A DNA stretch of 64,000 nt from assembly GCA_053919585.1 (NCBI GenBank), contig CM132812.1; one strand, written 5' to 3'. This DNA comes from Euprymna scolopes (taxonomy: Eukaryota). Under the pieces are notes generated by a model. The model was not told where the DNA came from. It did no database searches and saw nothing but the letters and a program-made list of their open reading frames with translations. Shown piece by piece: positions 37,471 to 50,460 of this stretch. A program made the position numbers and the translations under genes. Position 1 is the first letter of the stretch, and every line of letters begins with the position of its first letter.

Positions 37471-38246
37471 CGACCTACATTGCAAACACATAAACATATG
37501 AAACTAAACTAAACAAAACAATCTACATTACAAACGCATAAAACTAAACTAAACAAACTACATTGAAAACATTTAAATCTAACCTGAACAACTTACATTA
37601 CAAACACATAAAACTAAATCGAACAACCTACATTGTAAATACATAAAATTAAACAGAACAATCTACATTGTAAGCACATAAAACTAAACCAAACAACACA
37701 CATTGCAAATGCAAACAACTAAACAACCTACATTTCAAACACATAAAACTAAACTTAGCAATCTACATTAAAGACACATAAACCTTCTGATGCAAACACA
37801 TAAAAGTAATCTGCTTTTGTAATATTATTGTTTAATTTCGTGTTTTTTTCTATTGGCTATGTTGGTTGTTTGGTTTAGTTTGTTCAGTTTACAATGTACA
37901 TTGGTTTAGTTTTGTTTGTTTCTTATATAGATAGTTTTGTGTAAGTTTAATCTTTTTTGTAATATAGGAAATTTGGTTTACTTTTATGTTTGCAATATAG
38001 GTAGTTTAGTGTAGTTTTGTGTTGTGGCCCTGTAAGTGTTTGAAAGAAAGACAGTATTTAATGAAAACGAAATATATTGAAAACTAAACAGATACAACAA
38101 ATACAAAGAGTGATCATATGACTGTCAAGTGTGCATAACGTTGGGGACATATTCTTCTTTATGTAGAAAACTTTGTTATTACCCGTCAGGTGAACACCAC
38201 AGTACCCACCTTTCAAGCCTTAACACCACAATGGTATTAGTATTGT

Positions 38247-38315
<69 letters not shown>

Positions 38316-38395
38316 TGATACGGTAGGTTTCAGAAATGGCAAGAAACTCCGTTTTATTTCGATATAAAAAAACTAAGAAAAAACAATAAACCACT

Positions 38396-40260
38396 AAAAA
38401 ACGCATCGAAGCACAAAAATTAGGAAATCGTGACTTCTGGAAAATCTACAACAGTGTAGTAAATAATGGGCAATCAACAATTTCCCCACTAACCAACAAT
38501 CACGAGGTTGTTTGCTCAGCAACCGACAAGGCTAATATGCTTGCCAGCCGGTTCGTCTCAAACTCCACACTGGACCCTTCCAACAACCCCCTGCCTGACT
38601 TTCCTTTGTGGACAGACGCCACGCTAGACGATCTAAAAATCACCCCTGCTCAGGTACATGCTATCATAAAAAAACCTTGCCACTTCAAAAGCATGTGAAC
38701 CTGATCTCATCCCAACTGTGCTATTAAAAAGTGCTCAGCCGAAGTAGCTCCAGTTCTCTCCAAACTCTACAACAAATGCCTTAATGAATCATGCTTTCCG
38801 GGCTGTTGGAAAACTGCTTCTGTGGTACCAATATTCAGGAATTCTGGCAAAAGAACTGACCCATCAAATTATCACCCCATTAGCCTCCTCACACTTTTCG
38901 CCAAAATATTTGAGACCATAATTAACCATGCTCTAGTCCGGCACCATACAGATGCTAAACATCTGACTGACAAACAATATGGATTTAAACAAGCCCGTTC
39001 CACAGCTGACATCCTCACTGTAATCTCTGAATGTATATACCATTCACTGGACAAAGCGGGGGAGGGCAGAGCGGTAGCTCTAGATATATCTAAGGCTTTT
39101 GACAGGGTATGGCACAAGGGTCTCCTCAGGAAAATTAAATCATACGGTATCACTGGTAGAATACTTAGCATAATTAAATCGTTCTTAGATAAGAGAAAAA
39201 TCCAGGTTGTCCTCGACGGTCGAACATCTAAACAGTGTGATATAAATGCGGGAGTGCCTCAGGGGTCTATTCTTGGACCTCTATTGTTCCTGATATTTAT
39301 GAATGACCTCCCCGACAAAACTGCCTCTGAGATGGGTATATATGCTGATGACACTACACTCTATAACAGGCATGACAGGAAAACAAATGAACACATATCT
39401 AAAGAAATAGCAAAAACACTAGTGGATGACCTCCAATCTGTAGTGGAATGGGGACATAAATGGATGGTCACATTCAATGTTGCCAAGACTAAACTTGTTT
39501 CCTTCAATAACTACAAGAAACCTTCTCTGTCACCAATAGCAATAGCCAGTGACTCCCTGTCTGAGAGTACATCTTTCAAACTGCTTGGCCTAACGTTCAC
39601 AGGAAACATGAGCTGGAACAATTATATTGAAAACATTGCCAGGGCCGCTGCGAAAAAGGTAGGCTCTCTCTACCGTGCTAGAAAACTACTGACACCTGAA
39701 AGTATCCTGTATCTCTATAAGGCCATCATTCGCCCATGTATGGAGTATTGTTGTCACATCTGGGCTGGTGCATCTACTACTAGTCTCTCGCTCCTAGACA
39801 AGGTTCAAAAAAGAGTCGCCAATCTGATAGGCCCTGAACTGGCATCTAAGCTTCAGCCTCTGTCCCATCGACGAAACGTTGCATCCCTTTGCTTGTTCTA
39901 CAAGTATTTTAATAGTGAATGCTCTGACGAACTGCAAACACTTGTGCTCTCACGACGCAGACACCCTCAACAAACCCGACAGGCAGCTAAATCCCACCCC
40001 CACACAGTAGAGATCCCTAGATGTAAAAGATCTTTCTACTCCAGTAGTTTCTTCCCAGAACCGCTAGACTCTGGAATTCCATTCCAGGATCTTGCTTCCC
40101 TAACTGTACTGACATGCAGAAGTTCAAGTGTAATGTGAACCGACATCTTGCTGCCCGAATCCCTACATAGTGCCCCAGTAGTTGCTGCGCCTGATAGTAG
40201 CCCCCTAAACCAAAGTGGCAATGTGCCTTGTTTGGGGTGAAAATGTAATAAAAAAAAAAA
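38396..40260 (+). mobile_element. 5'-truncated LINE (CR1/Jockey-group RT), family A
   Basis: ORF 38822-40138 with QYGF, ALDISKAFDRVWH, GVPQGSILGP, YADD; poly-A tail at 40250-40260. Confidence 0.93.
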
Positions 40261-41036
40261 TTTTTTAAGTGTATGTATTCGATAATAATAATTTTAAAAA
40301 GTATTAAAACCAACAGATTAATGTTGTGANNNNNNNNNNNNNNNNNNNNNNNNNNNNNNNNNNNNNNNNNNNNNNNNNNNNNNNNNNNNNNNNNNNNNNN
40401 NNNNNNNNNNNNNNNNNNNNNNNNNNNNNNNNNNNNNNNNNNNNNNNNNNNNNNNNNNNNAAAGTATGTTAATGTAAATAACACCCTCCCCCAAAAGGAA
40501 AGAGCAAAACAAACTATTGGATTGCGATAGTTGGTTATAATGTAATTATATGTATGTAGGTGGTGTAGTGTTCGTTAAGTAAAGAGAATGTAATCATTCC
40601 AATAATCCATGAATATTGGAATGGGTAGTGTCAGCCAATCAAAGTGTTAGGATCAAGTATGTGGAGACATTAGTATTTCTAGTGTAGAAGGTAAGGTAAA
40701 TGCTATGTGTAATAGGGAATAAATCAATTAGGTAGGAAGGGGTTTAAATTTAAGTCCCCTGTGTGTATAAATATGGGGTGTAAGTAGGTGACAGTGATAG
40801 TACTTGGAGAATAGGGGTTATAATGGGAAACTACTTCCTCTGTAGGTTATGGCCATGAAGATGATGGCGATCCTAGCATTAAAACTTATGTTTTAATATT
40901 ACAAATGAATGTGTCTAAAATGTCATTCTATAGTTAAATAAGGTAATGGCTAATAGCGTAAACATAATAAATTTGTATGTGCCATCTGTTGTTGCAAACA
41001 TACAGTATTTTAGTGGAGAGGTGAAAAACTGCGCCC

Positions 41037-41088
<52 letters not shown>

Positions 41089-41132
41089 AAATTTGTTTTA
41101 ATTCTCTATATCTTATGGGTGTTTCATTTCAG

Positions 41133-41348
41133 TGTGATGTCATTGTCAACACAACTAATTCTTCATTGTATCTAAATACCGGAGGGATTTCCAAGGCTAT
41201 TCTTGTAGATGCTGGAGATGAATTACAAAGAGAATGCAACAATTATTCTTTTGCATCTCAAAAGATTGTGGTAACTGGTGGATATAAATTACCTTGCAGC
41301 AAAGTGTTTCATATTTGTATACCTCACTGGAGTCAGAGTTCACCAGAT
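41133..41348 (+). CDS. PARP14-like exon F (macrodomain 2)
   Basis: TTTCAG acceptor, GTAAGA donor; CDVIVNTTNSSLYLNTGGISKAILVDAGDELQREC...TGGYKLPCSKVFHICIPHW. Confidence 0.95.
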
Positions 41349-41381
41349 GTAAGAAATACTTTTATTTATATTATTACTTAC

Positions 41382-41418
<37 letters not shown>

Positions 41419-41873
41419 GCGTGCGTGCGTGCGTGCGTGCAGGGATATAGAAATTCCCAGGACATAATTAAACAATTGAGACATGAGGCAGATTTCTTTT
41501 TCTGTCCTCGTAAAAAGCAAGAGATTTAGATGGGAAACTTTGATATAATGTAGCAACTTTAGTTTGCAATGATGTAGACTTGCTCTTTTTTGTTGGTTAG
41601 AGAGTGATACTGGTTCTGTGTAAATCCTTTCCTCATTTAAAGAGCTTCAACAAAATAGAATTGCTTGAAAAATTAAAGATCTAATTGTCTGTGTCAAGCA
41701 ATTGCAATGCTCAAACATGGTTGCAGCTTTTATGTTACAGAGTGTTTGAAATAAAATTAGTCATTTTTTTTATATATTTTTACATTTCAGAAGCATTGTA
41801 AGTATTCAATGGAGAGGTTCTGCACACTGTTTCATATAAGTCCTAATTATAAAATTTATCCCTCTCAATTATA

Positions 41874-42077
41874 CAGGGTGACCCCCCCCCCAAAAAAAAA
41901 ACAGGACATTCAATTGTTTTTCCGAGCATTTTACAGTCAACGGAGAAAAAAAGGCCAAACACCCTAGTTTTTTGATGTGATGTTTTGAATATAATAAACT
42001 AGTTATGACCAAAGTTTCATTTCATTTGGACAAAACACTAAGAAACGGGGCCTAATTATAGTTGTGGCCCGTTTTTG
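41874..42077. mobile_element. Second copy (inverted, one end lost) of the 26456 MITE
   Basis: Reverse complement similarity (GATGTGATGTTTTGAATATAATAAACTAGTTATGACCAAAGTTTCATTTCA). Confidence 0.78.
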
Positions 42078-42613
42078 TAGATATAACTATCAGTTACAAG
42101 TTATTGCCCTTTATTAGAACTCTTCATTGATGTCACACCAGAAATGATACGTTGCCTCTTTTCCTCACTATGGACATCATACTCTTCAGATGTTCAAAAA
42201 TGCACCTAATAAAAGCCTGGAGTAAGCATTCCATGCATGCTTTAATTTCTGACTTCAGCTCAATATATTATACTAGAGTCTAAATCAATCTTTCCCAAAG
42301 TGGGCATTGCTTTGATATGGGGGAGGGAACACAAAAAAGAGATGGTTAGGAAGGGGTGTAGTGTGACATTAACAGCATTTAAAACTCTTTTTTGAGAAAA
42401 TTTCCAGAAACAAAAACTTATTGGAAATATGTTTGCCAGCATTCACAGCAATCCACTGACTTTCCCTTGGCCCCCAAATTAACAGAGTTTAAGTCATTCC
42501 TATAATGATCTATTTCCTGCTGAATAACTTTAAAAATAAAATTATTTGCATTTTAAAGTAGCTTTTAATGGCTTCTTGCTTGATTTTCACATCTCTATAT
42601 TTATAAAATAGAT

Positions 42614-42812
42614 ATGAGTCACTCCCCCAAGCAAGTAAACCCAATTTATGCCAATCCGCTTTCCAATCACCTAAATTCCATAATAAAACATATCCCCAAA
42701 TCAATCAGCAAAAGAATTGGTGATAACTCTTCTTACGTAAACATAAACTGTCACAAAAATTTCTATAACAAAGCCCTTAAGGATAGTGGATATAAAACCG
42801 TACTACTAGAAT
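42614..42812 (+). mobile_element. Penelope-like RT thumb fragment
   Basis: YANPLSNHLNSIIKHIPKSISKRI...YNKALKDSGY. Confidence 0.65.
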
Positions 42813-43662
42813 ATATTATTCCACCGATTTATCGGAGAGGGACCTATGTTTTCAGTGGCGTCCATGCATCTGTGCATCCATGCGTCTGTGCATCCGAGCA
42901 TCCATTACAAAAATTCCCATTGTGCCTCCAGGGGCTTAAAAGAGGTCAAAAACGCCCCCAAATAGCCAAAAAATGACACATTCTGCCCAATAACTTTTGA
43001 TCCATCCTTTAGATTTTTTGGAAACTTGCCCAAAATGTGGAGCCCATTGTTCTTAATATAAATCCAGTATTGGTGACCCAGGCAAAATTCTGGTTCGCAT
43101 CCCCGGAGATTTTCAGTGCTAAAAACGCCTCTTTTTGTGGCTCTTTTTTCATATTTCTCAACAAAAACTTGATATGTCTGATTATATAGTGGTTTTTCAC
43201 GGCGGTCAACTCAAATATACATGTATTAAGGCCTGAAACTGCACCGTTATCCATTTATAGTGGGATTCGGCATCCCCAGGGTCTCAAAAAAGGCAAAAAT
43301 ACCCCAAAATGGCCAAAAATGACACTTTTTGACCCATAGCGTTTGATTCATCCATTAGATTTTCCTGAAACTTGGTCAAAATGTGGAGGCTATTGTTTTT
43401 AATATAAATTCATGTGACCCTGGTAAAATTTTGGTTCGCATCCCTCTGGGACTTTTAGGGCTAAAAAAACATGCTTTTTGGAGCTCATTTTTCATATTAA
43501 GTTAATAATATTGAGTAGAATCTTAACAACGTCATAATAGGACTTTAAAGATGCAACTCAATATACCAATTTATAACTTGCATATAATCTCTAGACGCAG
43601 TTTAGTCAGATTTTTTAAATTTTTTTCTTGTTTGTTAACAGAAAATGTATTTTGTTTTTTAG

Positions 43663-43881
43663 CTAATCAAATCTACTATGAGCAACTGTCTTGAAGAAGC
43701 AGATGCATTGGATTTACAACACATTGCCTTCCCGGCATTTGGCACTGGAAACTTGTGTTACCCATCCAACATCGTGGCAAATTCTATGTTTAGTGCGGCA
43801 TCAGAATATATATCGAATATTAAGACTGGTCTACAAAAAATATCCTTTGTGATCTTCCCAGAGGATACTCATCTGAAAATG
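43663..43881 (+). CDS. PARP14-like exon G (end of macrodomain 2)
   Basis: TTTTTTAG acceptor, GTAAGA donor; LIKSTMSNCLEEA...HIAFPAFGTGNLCYP...ISFVIFPED. Confidence 0.94.
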
Positions 43882-44810
43882 GTAAGACGATCTGTGATCT
43901 GGATAAAAACAAAAATTATATATATGAATGGGGTAACTAACAATTGTTATGTTTTTATACTTGTTTTACTAGTTGATATTTTCATTTTTCAAATTATTGA
44001 AATAATTTTTTAAATAATGTTAACACATTTTGAACAATCTTCTTATGTCTTTTAAAGCATCTTCTTCAGAAAATTTGTAAAAATAGATGTTTTCGGAAAG
44101 CCATTTTGAGCATAAAGGAGTGAAAAGATGCTGTATCTCTCCCTTGTTTAATAGGGCCAGTTCAGAGTCATTGAGTGGTATCGGTCTTGTTCATTTTCCA
44201 TTTTTTCTTTTTATTTATTCTTCTTCTTGTGTAGAAGTGTGGGGTGCATGGCTACTTCGTCTCATAAGTGTGTCTGTATGCATNNNNNNNNNNNNNNNNN
44301 NNNNNNNNNNNNNNNNNNNNNNNNNNNNNNNNNNNNNNNNNNNNNNNNNNNNNNNNNNNNNNNNNNNNNNNNNNNNNNNNNNNNNNNNNNNNNNNNNNNN
44401 NNNNNNNNNNNNTGTAAGCTATATGTCATAGTTTGAATAAGCTATGTTTAGTCGTTTTTGGCAGGGGAGCTGTTATTTAATTTTGATTTTAAGATTTTAA
44501 TTTCTTTCTATTGTGATTTTCTTATCCATAATATTTTGTCTTAGAAATACTTATAATTTGATAATTATAAATAAATAACTAATTATATGATTAATTATAA
44601 TATTCTGAATACTGTTATTCCCTTGAGAGGCTTATGTTAGAAATTTCTGAATCCCTTTTGATTGAGTTTGAAGTAGATTAGGATGTGTTTTAAGTTTTGA
44701 GGTTGGCATTTACTGTTTATTATTTTTCTTGTTTTAAGTACGTTATTTAGTTTATCATTTTGACTGAGTAGGACAAAGTTTTCTGTTATCTCTGTGAATA
44801 GTTCTGGATT

Positions 44811-45217
44811 GTTTGTATTGTGTGTAGATATATGCTAGAATTTGTTTTTTGTTACGTTTTTTTTTGGGGGGATGGGGTTTCTACTGGTATTTTTCTGCCA
44901 GTTTGATACCTTTATGCATTAGCTATGATAGGTATGCTATTTTCTTCAGGGGTATTTGTAGTTTATTTAGTCGGGTCGATCAGAGGTGTTTGTTTGTGAC
45001 TATAATCTGCACCATAGTCACCGACAAACACCTCTGGTCGACCTGATTAAATGAACTATGAATAACCTTGAGGAAATGAGAATACCCACCACATCTAATA
45101 TGCAAAGGTATCAAACGAGCAGAAAAAATTCCAGTAGACTAACTAAGAACCCCCCTCCCCAAAAAAAACCGTAACAAAGAACAAATTCTAGTAGATGTCT
45201 GTACACACAATACATAC
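44811..45217. repeat. Imperfect ~195-bp-arm inverted repeat at the end of a decayed minus-strand retroelement fragment (~44090-45010)
   Basis: GTCGATCAGAGGTGTTTGT..GTGACTAT / ATAGTCAC..ACAAACACCTCTGGTCGAC, with similarity extending outward. Confidence 0.8.
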
Positions 45218-45265
45218 AGTGGTTTAAATGATTTTACAAATAACCTAAATCTTAGTTACTTTTTT

Positions 45266-45298
<33 letters not shown>

Positions 45299-45299
<1 letters not shown>

Positions 45300-46129
45300 T
45301 AGCAGGACACCCAGCGTTGCCTGGTCGTAAAATACGCATAAATATTATATTTTAATTCATACAGAAACTGAGACATGTGCATGCGAATAGTATGTTTTTT
45401 CTAAACAGTTCACTTCTTGTTAGTAAAAAAATAAAAGATAGAAAATACTTGGGCTGAGATCAAAACCAAAATCTAAAGACAGTGAGCCAAGTATGATATC
45501 TGGCTGGATTGACACAATCTTTAAAAAGTGTTTGCAAACATAAGTAATCTGTCATGTGAACTATCCAGGTATGCGCATTTGTTAAACGGATAAAAATCCG
45601 ATCACACCCATGTAACAATTTTTTCAATTTTGACTCCTTAGCAGCCTTTTTTTCCAGATGAAAACCAATTAAAAGTTTTTCATATGTCTGAATACCCTAT
45701 ATACCAAATTTCAAGTCTGTAGATCAAAAATTCGTTGATTATATAAGTTGAGAAGTGTCCTATCTCTCTCTCTCTCTCACACACACACACATTCTCACTT
45801 TTATAGATATATAGATATACTAGCAGGCCACCTAGCATTTCCCAGTCATAAAATATTCTTAGATATAATGTTTTAATTTATGCAGATTTCGTATTTATCA
45901 ATGTAGAGCTGAATAATTTGGGGTTTGAGATTAATAGTGAATTAAGACTAAATAAGTTTGGAGTTGAGAGTAATAGTAAATTAATAGCAGATAATTTTGG
46001 GTTTGAAATTAATAGTGAATTAATTAATAAATAAGTTTTGAGTTTAGAACAATAGTAAATTAATAGCAAATAATTTTGGGTTTGAGATTAATAGTGGATT
46101 AATCTATCTATTACATCTATAAGAGTGAA

Positions 46130-46176
<47 letters not shown>

Positions 46177-46489
46177 GTGTGTGTGTGTGCATTTCCCTAG
46201 CAAACTATTCTGTCAATTTTTAGTCTGCAGATTCGAGGTTTGACATAATGAGTATTAAGATTTGGGAAAATCTTTTTAATTGGTTTTCGGCTACAAATTT
46301 CGTTGTCAAGTTCAACGATTTGAGTTTTGAAAACTCTACCAAACTCCTCCGCCAATTTTGGGTTCTAAGTTTTATATGTAGGTTACCTGGACATGAGTAC
46401 AAACTTTTGATTATATATATTATATATACATATGCATATAAAGTTATTAACAGTACATAGAGTCTGAGCAAAGCCGAGCTGCACTGCTA

Positions 46490-46490
<1 letters not shown>
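45299..46490. mobile_element. Cluster of three Helitron-like elements (45299-~45815 minus, 45820-~46100 minus, 46103-46490 plus)
   Basis: CTAG termini with GC-rich subterminal hairpin-like segments at 45299, 45820 and 46487; TCTAT-type 5' ends followed by (GT)n. Confidence 0.7.
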
Positions 46491-46522
<32 letters not shown>

Positions 46523-46626
46523 CATAATTCAAAAACTCTTTTTCATTATAAAAGCTTATTTTATTGCAAGTTTGTTTTTTTTTTAATTTATCATTGTTAC
46601 TTTAAAGGAATCGTTTTACTTTATAG

Positions 46627-46732
46627 GCATTTGAAAATGCAAGTTCTGGAGGAACAACTATCCCATCTAGTGATCGGGATTATGACTCTCCATCAAAGAG
46701 ATATGAACCAATCAGTGATGATCTCCCACAAG
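46627..46732 (+). CDS. PARP14-like exon H (linker between macrodomains 2 and 3)
   Basis: TTTATAG acceptor, GTAATC donor; AFENASSGGTTIPSS...DDLPQ; phase 0-1 bridges exons G and I. Confidence 0.8.
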
Positions 46733-47121
46733 GTAATCAAAAGTATATCCTGCATCTTACCAATCCTCTATATTGAAGACTAATGTGTATTTATTTGTAT
46801 ATATGTATATATAATTGAACAAGTTAAAATGCTTTGATGAAATGAACTTGAAACTAATATTTTTTTCAAGTGCTCAACAGATTATTTTTTTATTTGTTAA
46901 AATCCCATTTATCTTTTCTTCAGCTCCAATTAGTTAACATCACAATTTAGAGTTGAACAAAAAGCAGCAACTTTTTTATACTCAACTACATAGTCATCAA
47001 AAACACATATATAAATGAAAACATAATATAATAATATTATAAGTAAAAAGTTATAAAAAAATAATAAAATTATAAAGAATAAACATTAAAAGAATAAATA
47101 TGAAATAATAATAATAATAAC

Positions 47122-50100
47122 TGTTGTGGTGGCACACATTCATTTGCATATGTGGATAGTAATTACACATAAATAGGAAGACTCAGTTAGTCTGAGTGTG
47201 CGTTCACCAGAAGCTACCGAAGGCTGCTGAGAGCAGATATGTTTCTCCAGCAAAGACTCTCTTATTTGACACCATTATGTAAATATCCTGTAAATATACT
47301 TTTTCCTAATACACTTCTTATTTGATCTACCTTTGTTTGTTGAGTCGTCATTTGTATTGCTTTCTACGTTACTTGTTTCAACCTGCAAACTTAACAGTGA
47401 CGACGAGGATGAACGTCAAATATAACAGTTTGACGAAGAAATGGAAAGAACTCACTAAAAAAAGAAGTACAATGCAACGGTTGACCTTTCTAAGGAATAC
47501 AAGTTTTGACGAACGAAATAGTCGTAAAAACGGATTTTACGCTAAAGAGAAGTTCGACTCAAGCGGAAAAAATTAATAATTCAGTGAACATTGGAAAACT
47601 GTAAAATATTTTCCTCGCAAAGTGCAACACTAAAAGAAAGAAATGGTTGTTTCCCAAATTCCAAGAACAAAAACTACATTCAGGTTAAAACAAAAAAAAC
47701 TCGATTAATAGTATTTTATTTACTAAAATACTAGTCGGAAAAAAAAGAGGCAAAACAAAACCTTTCATTGTAGTCTTAAAAAAAAAAACTCGAACGTGGC
47801 AAAAAAAAAGCGACGATTTACGCCGTTTCCTGTGGAATCCATCTAAAAAAAAAAATGACAAACTGTAAAACGACAAACAGACTCGTATTACTAAATTACG
47901 AAGAATAGATTCGTATTACTAAATTACAAGGAAGTAACATACGAAGAAAAAAAAAGTTCACCAGTGGATTTCCTAAATTGCTGTAAATACCAATTAAAGA
48001 CTTTTTGGTAAACCAAATTTTTCTCTTCGGTATTAAAAAAAAAATACCACAGTTAAACTAAAATCAAGGAAAGATTTTTTTTAAACTAAAGTTGTCACTG
48101 GATAACGGATATAAGACAGTAAAACGTCACGCAAAAAAAAATAATAAATAATAAAATTTAAATGTAGTCCATACATTTTATTTTTTTCAATTGTGACTCG
48201 AGTTGAAAAACTTTTTTTTTTCTATGGAAAGAGTTGTACTTAAGTTCGGCTGTTATTTATTAGGAAATGCCTAAAACAGAAAAGTAAATCGTATTTTGTG
48301 GTTTCAGCAAAAGCCTCAGTTCTTATGTTGTGGTTGGATGAGCTTGACTCGCTAGCGAAGTGAGAAAATATTATTCAAGCAGCGATATTACTATTGAAAA
48401 CAGGAACTATGAACAATTTTTTTTTGTAACACAAGCCATTTTATATTGTACGGATATTGTGTTGCATGTGAAATTGTACAATTTTTCTTCGTAACTGCAT
48501 TACTGCTACTGAAGGATACAAAAAAAATGGAAGATTTATCTAGAATGTTAATGCAATTTTTGCAGATGCAATAAAAGGCGCAATCCGAGCTAGATGTATG
48601 TAGAGAGGATAAATTATTGAAATGGCAAATGAAACAAGAAGAAAGGTAGAAGAAATTACAACTTGAACAAGAAGAAAGGCAGAAGAAATTACAATTTGAA
48701 TATGAAGAAAGGCAAAATGAACGTTTTGCTAAAACACTGGAACTATTAAAGACTAATCAAGAAAAGGTCGACAATACTAATTTCTCGCATACAACTATAT
48801 TTAATAGCATGGACACATTTAATTATGTGCCGGAGGAAGAAAAGACTTTTGAAGCATACTATACAAGATACGAGGATGTCTTTCAACTGGACTGCAAAAG
48901 TTGGCCAAATAGCCAGAAAGTGAGCCTTTTACTCAGGAAGTTGAGTATAAGAGAACACAGCAAGTTCGTAGATTATATACTACCTAAAAAAACTACGGAA
49001 TTAGATTTCATGGAAGCTGTAAAATTACTAAAAGAATTATTTCATCCGAATATATCTCTTTTTCATAAGAGATGGTTGTGTATGAATCTAAGGAAGATGG
49101 ACAACCAAGATTATTTGACATACGCATTAGTTGTCAATAAAAACTGTGATAATTTTAAGCTAGCGGAACTAACAGTAGAAGATTTCAAATGCCTAATCTT
49201 CGCACAAGGGTTAGTCTCCACGAAAAATTCAGAAATACGCAGACGAGTGTTGCCTAAGCTGGAATCTGAGCAAGATTTAACACTTCAGAAATTAGCAGAG
49301 GATTGTGAAAGGGCCATTACACTAAAAATGGATTCAAAAAAGATAGAAGAATCCGGAGTGGCATATGTAAGAAAGGTTAGAAAACCATACACACCAACCA
49401 AGAACTATACAAATAAAAGCAGTCAAAACGGAACGAGATATTCCAAATATAATAATTATAATTATAGTAAAGAATATAACAAGTCTCTTCCTAGATATAA
49501 CTGTAAGAGATGCGCAGAATGACATTGGGAATCGAATTGCCCTTATAAGAAGAAAAAATGCTACATTTGCAAGAAAGTCGGACACAAAAGCGATTGTTGC
49601 AGATATAAAGATTTCACGAGAAAGAGAGTACAGCAAACAAAATCAAATGAAAAATTAGACAAAAATCGGCGAAAATACATAAAAGCGGAAATATTTAAAA
49701 CGCCAATAAAATTACAACTGGATTCAGGATCCGATATTTGTATAATAAACTTGAATACATGGAAAAAGTTGGATAAACCAACCATGATGAAAACAAGTAA
49801 ATCAGCTCGGATGGTAACTGGTGGTGAGATAAAATTTGAAGGAGAAGTTATCCTTCCAATAAAATTGAAAGAGATTATGAAGAAATTAAAAATGTTCGTA
49901 TTGAAAAATAACGAAAACCTGTTTGGAATAGATTTAATTGAGAAATTTGGACTCTGGGATAAGCCAATTAATACATTCTGTAAAAAAATATAATGTACTA
50001 CTCCAACAACAGAAATATAAAAGAGGACTTAAAAAAATTATTCCCTGATGTATTTATGACTAAATTAGGTCGTTGCAATAAATTTAAGGCCTCGTTTGAA

Positions 50101-50460
50101 CTTAAAGAAAACACCAGCCCAATTTTTAGAAAAAAGCGAAACGTGCCGTTCGCTGGGTTGGAAAAGATTAATAAAGAATTAGACAGATTGGAACAGACAG
50201 GAATACTATCAAAAATAGAACATAGCGACTGGTCAGCCCCCACCGTATATTTAAAGAAAAAGAAGGTGAAATCAGTGTTTGATAAACTATTGCCAAGAAA
50301 AGCAATTGTCCGAAACACTACACACATGATAAGAAATAAATATAACTCGGGAGATCGAGTATATTTCAGGTGCTACAGGAATAAAACTTCTTACTGGGAA
50401 TGTGGAGTAGTGGATAAACGCATTGGTGATTATGCATACATGATTAACTTAACAATAAAA
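47122..50460 (+). mobile_element. Truncated Gypsy (Mag-like) LTR retrotransposon: 5' LTR, PBS, gag, protease, partial RT
   Basis: LTR TGTT...AACA 47122-47396; PBS TGACGACGAGGATG (~47398-47411) matching tRNA-Ser(GCU) 3' end with one change; gag ORF 48809-49522, knuckles, LQLDSGSDIC protease, RT start PIFRKKRNVPFA...SDWSAPTVY, then deletion. No 3' LTR seen. Confidence 0.88.

Larger units (their letters stand above)
32735..38030. repeat. Degenerate ~35-bp minisatellite (AAAACTAAACCAAACAACCTACATTGCAAACACAT) broken by TE insertions; last block inverted
   Basis: Blocks ~32735-32915, 33320-33870, 35348-35745, 37472-37805 and reverse complement ~37810-38030. Confidence 0.8.

Noticed and set aside
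43642-43662. Upstream AG adding 21 nt that end in an in-frame TAG (poison extension)
   Set aside because: The AG directly follows a branch-point-like TTAAC and is probably too close to be used; no transcript evidence.
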